Source: a virus
Taxonomy: Duplodnaviria; Caudoviricetes
Virus record (IMG/VR): IMGVR_UViG_2706796244_000001
Location: 9,883-73,882 of that record
DNA length: 64,000 bases
Direction: 5' to 3' (one strand)
The notes under the pieces were generated by a model that did no database searches, was not told the DNA's origin, and was given only the letters and a program-made list of their open reading frames with translations. This document shows positions 8,944 through 15,590 of the stretch, piece after piece (within the stretch, counting starts at the first letter, position 1; every line of letters begins with the position of its first letter). The position numbers and the translations under genes were made by a program.

Positions 8944-9318
8944 ATGAGCCAATATTTCACCGTCAATGCCATCGTCAAGGTTCAGGCTTGGGATGGCAAA
9001 GCCCGCTTCAGCGACCGTGTGCTGTTCCATGAACGCATGGTTCGCACCTACGAATACCTGAGCATTGCCGCCAAGGCAGAGCTCGCTGGCCTTCTGCGTC
9101 AGCGCCTGTCCGAGACCCCGATCACTCCGGCCATCCAGCCGGATGAAGATGCCTACGTCTGCATCTTGGCTGCGGGCGAGACCTACTTCTGCCCCATCGA
9201 CAAGAAACCCATAGTCCTTCTCCACTGGTTCAAGGCTGTGCGCCTGGGCGGCAAGACGGCTGCCCACGAGCTCAGCGTCCACTGGCGCGGCCAGGGCACA
9301 TCGAGCGACGGGAGCTGA
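8944..9318 (+). CDS. Hypothetical protein (124 aa)
   Basis: GAGAGGA RBS before ATG 8944. Confidence 0.7.
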   Translation: MSQYFTVNAIVKVQAWDGKARFSDRVLFHERMVRTYEYLSIAAKAELAGLLRQRLSETPITPAIQPDEDAYVCILAAGETYFCPIDKKPIVLLHWFKAVRLGGKTAAHELSVHWRGQGTSSDGS

Positions 9319-9320
9319 CC

Positions 9321-9743
9321 ATGGACCTGACGCACGACGACATTCTCAGCGCCACTATGAAGCTGGACACCAACCAGAAGGTGCAGGACTTCGCTGAACT
9401 GGAGAAGCGCTTGGTAGCTTTCATGATGGCCTCGAAGGCCAACGGCAAGGCCTACGACTTCGTGGTCTGGAAGTCCCCCACCGAGTGTGTGGGCTACAGC
9501 ATTCAGAACGGCGAGATGCACGCAGTCACCATGTCTGAGCATGAGGTGAAGGGCAAGAATCACCGCCTACTCATCGTGGATGATCTGGTGCACGAGTCCA
9601 TTGTCACCATGCAGCGTGGACAGTCCAAGAATCGCATGCTGACCGATTTGCTGGCCCAGGCCGCCATCGCCATGAGCTCCCAGATTGACCCTCCGAAGAA
9701 GGGCAAGACCCTTCCCTGGTTCCACGGAAAGCGGAGGTTCTGA
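9321..9743 (+). CDS. Hypothetical protein (140 aa)
   Basis: GGGAG RBS, packed between neighbours. Confidence 0.7.
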   Translation: MDLTHDDILSATMKLDTNQKVQDFAELEKRLVAFMMASKANGKAYDFVVWKSPTECVGYSIQNGEMHAVTMSEHEVKGKNHRLLIVDDLVHESIVTMQRGQSKNRMLTDLLAQAAIAMSSQIDPPKKGKTLPWFHGKRRF

Positions 9744-9744
9744 C

Positions 9745-10254
9745 ATGCGCTGCTACGTCTGCCAACGCTCTGTGCGTGACTTGGTGGAGATCCCCACGGA
9801 TATCCCCGGAGAGATCTGCGTGGAGGCCCGCTGCCACGGTGAGCGCCGCCAGTACCGTTTCGGCATCTCCTTCCTGCGTGAGATGGAAGCCAAGGGCCAG
9901 AAGCCTGACAACTTCGTGGCCTTCGGGCCTACCCGCCGCAAGGAAGATCCCCGGCCAAAGACTGAACCAGCGAAGGGGAATCCCGTCGATACCTTGCTGG
10001 ACCTGTACCGCCCTGGGTGGCGCAATGGGCCCGGCGATACACCAAGTCGCCGCCTCCAGGCTGTCAAGGGTGCTCTGGCCGCCCAGCGTGTGATGCTCCA
10101 GTGTGCCTCTGCTGTGCAGATGCAGAACGGGGTGCTGCGCTCTGTGCTGGACCAGCTGAAAGCTGCCGGCCTGGAGAACGAGTACGCCCGCAAGGTGGCC
10201 GACCAGCTGCATGCGGAATTTGCAACCGTCCCTAATGGAGAAATTACCGAATGA
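9745..10254 (+). CDS. Hypothetical protein with N-terminal CxxC...CH zinc-binding motif
   Basis: GGAGG RBS. MRCYVC...EARCHG. Confidence 0.68.
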   Translation: MRCYVCQRSVRDLVEIPTDIPGEICVEARCHGERRQYRFGISFLREMEAKGQKPDNFVAFGPTRRKEDPRPKTEPAKGNPVDTLLDLYRPGWRNGPGDTPSRRLQAVKGALAAQRVMLQCASAVQMQNGVLRSVLDQLKAAGLENEYARKVADQLHAEFATVPNGEITE

Positions 10255-10616
10255 GCTTCTTCGAGACCCTGGGCCGGGCCATTGCCTGGCTGTTCAAGTG
10301 GCTGATCATCGCGGCCATCTGCGCAGCACTACCCACCTGCATGTACTTCACTGAGTTCAGCGAAGGTGCGCAGGAACGCAAGGCCCAAGAGGCTGAGCAG
10401 ATTAAGCGCGACAAGCTGCCCCGCTACGTCAACGACAGCGGTGGCTGCGAGGTCTGGGCCTTCAAGCCCAACGACCGCTGGCTCTACTTCACGAAGTGCG
10501 GCTCCGCCCGCACCGAGACGAAGAACACCTGGGAAGAATGCCGCCAGAGCGGCAAGACCCGGACTTGTACCAACCAAGAGATGGCGATAGCCTCTCATCC
10601 CAAGGAGAAACCGTGA
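10251..10616 (+). CDS. Membrane-anchored protein with a Cys-containing exported domain
   Basis: N-terminal TM helix (AIAWLFKWLIIAAICAALP). GGAG RBS. Confidence 0.7.
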   Translation: MSFFETLGRAIAWLFKWLIIAAICAALPTCMYFTEFSEGAQERKAQEAEQIKRDKLPRYVNDSGGCEVWAFKPNDRWLYFTKCGSARTETKNTWEECRQSGKTRTCTNQEMAIASHPKEKP

Positions 10617-10960
10617 GCGAACGCCCCACCTACTGCCCGGAATGCGCCATGCCGCAATTCGAGACCCCGAGTGGCATGACCTGTGCCAACGGCCACGGCG
10701 GCCTGCAAGGTGTCGAGGTCGAGAACGACAACCTGGTGGCGCTACTGAAGCGCCTGCACCCGGCACACATCCAGCATGCTGTGTCCTTGAACTGGTGCTG
10801 CTCCCCGCCGCCTGCTGACGTGCACTCTGCCGTCATGACCTCGTTGCACGTCCTGGGCTACAAGGATCTGACCCGACAAGATGCCAAGGTATTGGCGTAC
10901 TGGTGGCTGGGTCAGACAGCCTTGGGTCCGCTGATCCAGAACCAGAAGGAAGAAGGCTGA
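10613..10960 (+). CDS. Zinc-ribbon protein
   Basis: GTG start after AAGGAG. YCPEC...CANGH. Confidence 0.68.
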   Translation: MSERPTYCPECAMPQFETPSGMTCANGHGGLQGVEVENDNLVALLKRLHPAHIQHAVSLNWCCSPPPADVHSAVMTSLHVLGYKDLTRQDAKVLAYWWLGQTALGPLIQNQKEEG

Positions 10961-11181
10961 TGCAGAAGGCAGGCACCCGGTGCCGTCACGATGGCGCCAA
11001 GCTGCGGGTCATTGCTACCGAAACTGGTGATGGCCTGCCGATCATGGTCTACCGCATACGAGAATGTCCCGTATGCAAGGACCGCACCGTAACCGTGGAG
11101 ATCCCCTACAGCGGGGATTTCCCATACTCGAAAGTGAAGGCGCTGGCCGCCTCACGCAGAAAGGATGACGATGAGCAATAG
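10960..11181 (+). CDS. Small zinc-ribbon protein resembling the NrdR N-terminal ribbon
   Basis: C..D...RVI.T........RIRECPVCKDRTVTVE pattern. TGATG coupling. Confidence 0.55.
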   Translation: MQKAGTRCRHDGAKLRVIATETGDGLPIMVYRIRECPVCKDRTVTVEIPYSGDFPYSKVKALAASRRKDDDEQ

Positions 11182-12118
11182 CGAAACCGCCCACAACAAC
11201 ATGAAGCCCTACATGGATCTGCTCCACCAGATCTACTACCAGGGCGAGGGCAAGTCTGACCGCACTGGCACAGGCACCAAGTCCGTATTCGGTGCCCAGA
11301 TGGAATTCGATCTGCGTGAGGGCTTCCCCCTGCTCCAGAAGAAGACCACCCCCTTCACCACGATCTTCACCGAGCTCTCGTGGATGATGCAGGGCCTGAC
11401 CAATGTGAACTGGCTACAGCAAAAGGGCTGCCACATCTGGGACGAATGGGCTGGTCCTGATGGCGGCCTCGGCCCGATCTATGGTGCCCAGTGGCGCAGC
11501 ATCCAAGGCCCCGATGGAAAGAACATCGACCAGCTGGCCAAGGCACAAGAGCTGCTGCTGAACGACCCGGACAGCCGCCGCATCATCGTGAATGCCTGGA
11601 ACGTGGCCGAGCTCGACCAGATGGCCCTGACACCGTGCCATGCGATGTTCCAGTTCTGGACCCGCAAGCTGACGCTCACCGAGCGCATCAACCTGGCGCC
11701 GATCCCCGAATACCAGCGCAATGTCTGGTTCTCGGGCCTGGCCTCGGACACCCTCCATGAGAAGCTGGCGCTGCTGTCCGTGCCGGAGCGTGCCCTGAGC
11801 TGCAAACTCTATCAGCGCAGCGCTGACATGTTCCTGGGCGTGCCCTTCAACATCGCCAGCTACGCGCTGCTGACGCACCTCATGGCGGCCACGGTCGGCA
11901 TGCAGGCCGAGAAGTTCATCTGGTCTGGCGGTGACTGCCACCTGTACTCGAACCACATGGACCAGGCCAAGCAGCTGATGGACCGTCCAACGGTCATCGG
12001 CAACCCGCACCTGTTCGTCATCCGTGCACGCGAGTTCGTGGCCGACTACAAGCGCGAAGACTTCGAGCTCATAGGCTACAAGCCTGCGGGGGTGATCTCC
12101 GCTCCCGTTGCCGTGTAG
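11171..12118 (+). CDS. thyA: Thymidylate synthase (ThyA type, N4 gp30-like)
   Basis: DRTGTG, LGPIYGAQWR, SRRIIVNAWN, ALTPCH, YQRSADMFLGVPFNIASY and GDCHLYSNH motifs. ATG 11171 is better spaced from AAGGA than ATG 11165. Confidence 0.97.
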   Translation: MSNSETAHNNMKPYMDLLHQIYYQGEGKSDRTGTGTKSVFGAQMEFDLREGFPLLQKKTTPFTTIFTELSWMMQGLTNVNWLQQKGCHIWDEWAGPDGGLGPIYGAQWRSIQGPDGKNIDQLAKAQELLLNDPDSRRIIVNAWNVAELDQMALTPCHAMFQFWTRKLTLTERINLAPIPEYQRNVWFSGLASDTLHEKLALLSVPERALSCKLYQRSADMFLGVPFNIASYALLTHLMAATVGMQAEKFIWSGGDCHLYSNHMDQAKQLMDRPTVIGNPHLFVIRAREFVADYKREDFELIGYKPAGVISAPVAV

Positions 12119-12120
12119 CG

Positions 12121-12357
12121 TTTTTGTGGTTGTGGCCCGGTGAGCATCTGAGATGCATCGGGCACTAGGCTGACAACCACCGGCCAGCGTTTGCGAAAGC
12201 AGCGCTGGCCACCTTTCGACAGAGCACTGTCGTGGGAATGCTGGAGCCAAACTCTAGACCTATCCTGTGGCTCGGGAGAAGTCCAAGGGGCCAGTTTCCC
12301 TACGAGAGTGCTCTTTAAAGAGGCAGTACACTAGAGTTTTCTTAGGAGAACTCTATG
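12121..12357 (+). ncRNA. Candidate structured RNA leader / cis-regulatory switch (unnamed)
   Basis: Non-coding gap containing at least five helices, plus two mutually exclusive pairings around the downstream RBS (see findings). Confidence 0.55.
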
Positions 12358-12669
12358 GCTGCACAACGCTCTTCCCGAAAGGCATCCGACGAGGATTTGA
12401 TCCGACTGAACTCCATGGGCCTGTCCCTGGGGACCATCGGGCGAATGCTCGGCGTACACCCAACAACCGTCACCATCCGGCTGCAAAACCTGGGCATCCG
12501 AGTGGCGGACACCCGGCGCACCTTCATGGAAGACGTGCTCGGGACTCTCCCTCCAGCGACATGTGATTGGGTGGCCGATCAACTCGGCCCTCACCACAGC
12601 ATCGCTGATTTCATCCGCAATCTCCTGACCGAAGCCTATGTGCGACGGAACCAGAAAGGAAACCCGTGA
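12355..12669 (+). CDS. HTH DNA-binding protein conserved in N4-like phages
   Basis: GLSLGTIGRMLGVHPTTVTIRL helix-turn-helix and ADTRRTFMED. AGGAG RBS. Confidence 0.8.
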   Translation: MAAQRSSRKASDEDLIRLNSMGLSLGTIGRMLGVHPTTVTIRLQNLGIRVADTRRTFMEDVLGTLPPATCDWVADQLGPHHSIADFIRNLLTEAYVRRNQKGNP

Positions 12670-13073
12670 AAGCTGTCCTTCTCGCCCTCGTGGCTGCACT
12701 GTCCCTGGGCGCCTGCAAAGACGATGCCACCGTGGCGTCGGCCAACCTGTCCAAGGCCGCCGACAACTTCGAGATCAATCGCCGCATCGTCTTCTTCAAC
12801 GGCATCACCGACAGCTACCTGCTGTCGATTGAAGGCCGCTGCTCCTTCGTGGTCGAGTCGGCCCAGAAGGTTGCTGTGACCTGCAAGCTGGGCCGCGATC
12901 AGTACAAGAAGCACACCCTCGGCCTGTCCGACAACGTGAGCTTCTTCAGCGAGCAGCTGGACTCAGCCGACGTGTCGGTCTACCACTACCGCGTCACCTT
13001 CAAGCCGCAGTCCATCATCCGCGATATTGACTTTCGCGGCTCGACCACGGACCTCCCCCGCAACCAACCCTGA
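12666..13073 (+). CDS. Phage lipoprotein
   Basis: Signal peptide with lipobox LGA-C. ADNFEINRRIVFFNGITD is typical of a widespread phage lipoprotein family. Confidence 0.78.
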   Translation: MKAVLLALVAALSLGACKDDATVASANLSKAADNFEINRRIVFFNGITDSYLLSIEGRCSFVVESAQKVAVTCKLGRDQYKKHTLGLSDNVSFFSEQLDSADVSVYHYRVTFKPQSIIRDIDFRGSTTDLPRNQP

Positions 13074-13091
13074 ACCAGAAGGAAACTCTCA

Positions 13092-13685
13092 ATGAGCGAA
13101 GCTCCCATCATCGGTGTCAACTACGCCGAATTCGTCAAGTCCCGTTTCAAGACAGGCATCGCCACTGCCGACGACATTGCCAACAAGGTGGTGCCTTCCC
13201 AGCTGGCTCGTCTGCATGCAGCCATGGGCCTGCTGGGCGAAACCATCGAAGCCTGGTGGAGCGACAGCCGCGAAAACCTCGAAGAGGAACTCGGCGACCT
13301 GGTGTTCTTCCACGAAGCCATGGGCCAGTGCTTGTGGCCGCAATTCCAGCCCGGCGTTGGCCTGGGCACGTTGATCACTCCACCACCTGGTGGTGCCGAA
13401 AGCATCGACGTGTGCTGGTGCAACATGGTCAAGCTGGCCAATGTGATGCACGATCTGTCCAAGAAGGAGACGATCTACGCCAAGGAATTGGACGCAGACC
13501 AGACAGGCACGTATGCCAGCGCCTACAACGCTTTCGCCGTGTACCTGGACCGTCAGATCGGCAACTTCGGCTTCACCCTCCAAGGCCTGCGTGACAGCAA
13601 CATCGCCAAGCTGACCAAGCGCTACAAGACCGGCTACAGCAACAAAGCTGCCGCCGAACGTGCCGACAAGCCGGCTGGCGAATAA
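13092..13685 (+). CDS. MazG-like nucleoside triphosphate pyrophosphohydrolase (N4 gp35-like)
   Basis: LHAAMGLLGETIE...EEELGDLVFF and NIAKLTKRY motifs. Confidence 0.8.
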   Translation: MSEAPIIGVNYAEFVKSRFKTGIATADDIANKVVPSQLARLHAAMGLLGETIEAWWSDSRENLEEELGDLVFFHEAMGQCLWPQFQPGVGLGTLITPPPGGAESIDVCWCNMVKLANVMHDLSKKETIYAKELDADQTGTYASAYNAFAVYLDRQIGNFGFTLQGLRDSNIAKLTKRYKTGYSNKAAAERADKPAGE

Positions 13686-13706
13686 TCCAACCTCCCTCAT
13701 CAACCT

Positions 13707-13733
13707 GGCCCCACTTCGGTGGGGTTTCTTTTT
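13707..13733 (+). terminator. Rho-independent terminator
   Basis: GCCCCAC-TTCG-GTGGGGT followed by TTCTTTTT. Confidence 0.85.
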
Positions 13734-13740
13734 GCCTCAA

Positions 13741-15051
13741 ATGACTCAGCAAAAATTCCCCCCGAACGAGGGCCAAGCCAAGGCCATCGAAGATTTCTTC
13801 AAGTTCATGCTCGACCCCTACGCCAAGCGCCACATCCTGTCTGGCCCTGGCGGCGTCGGCAAGACCTTCACCATGGGCGAGATGATCGACACGGTGATCC
13901 CCCGCTACATGGAAATGTGTCAGCTGCTGGGCCTGCCCATCGAGTACGACAACGTGGTGATGACGGCCACCACCAACAAGGCGGTGGAAGCACTGTCCAA
14001 GGCCACTGGCCGCCCGGCCAAGACCATCCAGTCGTTCCTGTGCCTGCGGCCCAAGGAGAACTACCAGACCGGAGAGATGGACCTGATCCGCACTCCCGGC
14101 TGGATGGAGCATGACCGTCTGGTGATCTTCATTGATGAATGCTCCATGATCGACCGCAACCTGTTTGACGAGATCGAAGCGGCCACGGCCCGCTGCAAGG
14201 TGGTCTATGTCGGCGATCATGTGCAGCTGCCGCCTGTCAAGGAAACGCTGTCCAAGATCTACAGCCAGAAGTACGGCATGAGCGAGCTCACGCAGCCCAT
14301 GCGGACTGATGTGCCCGAGCTCCAGGCGTTGAACGAACAGTTCCGCCAGGTGGTGCTGACCGGCGTGCACACGGATATCAAGATCGTCCCTGGCATCATC
14401 GACTGGATGGGCGAGGACGAGGCCATGGATGAGATCGACCGTGCCTTCACCAACGGCAACAGGGAAGACCGCATCCTCTGCTACAGCAACCCCCAGGTGA
14501 TGGCCATCAACGACTACATCCGCAGCCTGCGCCAGCTGCCTGCGGAGTTCGTGGTTGGCGAGACCCTGGTATCGAACTCGGCCTACCAGAACAGCAAGAA
14601 GAAGGACGCTCCCCGCATCAGCATCGAAGACGAGCTCGTCGTGCTGGAGGCAGGCAGCATTGTCCAAAGCGAGCTGTACGAGGATGATATCGCCATCGAA
14701 TTCCGGGACTATGTGATGGAGACGCCCTACGGTGAACGCATCAACGTGCCTCAGCCGGTGGACCGCGACTACTTCAACCAGTGCCTGGCCTACTACAAGG
14801 GCAAGAAGAACTGGCGGGTTTTCTACAAGCTGAAGGAGACCTACCCGGATCTGCGCCAGCGTGATGCAGCCACGGTCCACAAGTCGCAGGGTTCCTCGTA
14901 CACCACATCCTATGTGGACCTGGGCAACATCTCGACCTGCCATCTCCCCGGCATGGCCGCTCGCCTGATGTACGTGGCATTCAGCCGTGCCCGCAAACGT
15001 GTCGTCCTGTTCGGCGACCTGCACCCGAAATTCGGAAAGCTCATCTTCTAA
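13741..15051 (+). CDS. SF1B (Dda/RecD-like) DNA helicase (N4 gp37-like)
   Basis: GPGGVGKT, FIDECSM, GDHVQLPPV, TVHKSQG and YVAFSRAR motifs. Confidence 0.93.
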   Translation: MTQQKFPPNEGQAKAIEDFFKFMLDPYAKRHILSGPGGVGKTFTMGEMIDTVIPRYMEMCQLLGLPIEYDNVVMTATTNKAVEALSKATGRPAKTIQSFLCLRPKENYQTGEMDLIRTPGWMEHDRLVIFIDECSMIDRNLFDEIEAATARCKVVYVGDHVQLPPVKETLSKIYSQKYGMSELTQPMRTDVPELQALNEQFRQVVLTGVHTDIKIVPGIIDWMGEDEAMDEIDRAFTNGNREDRILCYSNPQVMAINDYIRSLRQLPAEFVVGETLVSNSAYQNSKKKDAPRISIEDELVVLEAGSIVQSELYEDDIAIEFRDYVMETPYGERINVPQPVDRDYFNQCLAYYKGKKNWRVFYKLKETYPDLRQRDAATVHKSQGSSYTTSYVDLGNISTCHLPGMAARLMYVAFSRARKRVVLFGDLHPKFGKLIF

Positions 15052-15060
15052 GGAGGCCCT

Positions 15061-15579
15061 ATGTCTGATCCCACTCGCCGAATCGACGGAGGCGAACTGG
15101 TCATCACCATCGTGTCGAAGCTCTTTGAACCAGAGGAAAGACGGATGCTGGACGAGATCACCCAGCTCGTGCAGCAGAACAACGAAGTGCGTGGAGCGGC
15201 TGATGGCTGCTTCATGTACGCCGGGAAGTATTTCATGGCCCGGGGCCAGTCCCAACTTCCCCCTTCTGGTTCAAGGCCTGCCCTGGATTACTCGTTGCTG
15301 CCGCGCATGCGCAAGCATGTGGCTGACCGCAACGAGCTCACCCAGGACCGCAATCAGATCCAGCAGATGCTCTTCAAGATCACCAAGCCCTGCAAGACGG
15401 CTCAGGACTTTGTGGATGCGTTGCCTGATACCCTTCACCGTTTTATCGCGGAACTGAACGGCATACCGCGGACTCGTCCGCAATGCTGGCCGGTTCTGGA
15501 TGATGAGCGCACCATGCGCCAATTCGCCAACATCGAGCCCAAGATTCGTCTGTACTCGGTGGCGGCATTGCTGTACTGA
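15061..15579 (+). CDS. Conserved hypothetical protein (N4 gp38 position)
   Basis: AAGGAGG RBS. Syntenic between helicase and polymerase. Confidence 0.75.
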   Translation: MSDPTRRIDGGELVITIVSKLFEPEERRMLDEITQLVQQNNEVRGAADGCFMYAGKYFMARGQSQLPPSGSRPALDYSLLPRMRKHVADRNELTQDRNQIQQMLFKITKPCKTAQDFVDALPDTLHRFIAELNGIPRTRPQCWPVLDDERTMRQFANIEPKIRLYSVAALLY

Positions 15580-15590
15580 AGGAGGACTGC

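Noticed and set aside
11171-12118. Group I intron in or after thyA, as in T4 td
   Set aside because: The ORF is continuous with all motifs present, and no P/Q/R/S core elements or homing endonuclease are seen.
12221-12265. Resemblance to the cobalamin riboswitch 3' half (CACTG..GGGAA..GAGCCA..AGACCT) and to the tmRNA 5' region (TTTCGACAG)
   Set aside because: The cobalamin 5' core (AGGGAA..GGTG.AA.TCC..GCCCCC) is absent, and there is no tmRNA tag frame or T-arm. The element is kept as an unnamed structured RNA.
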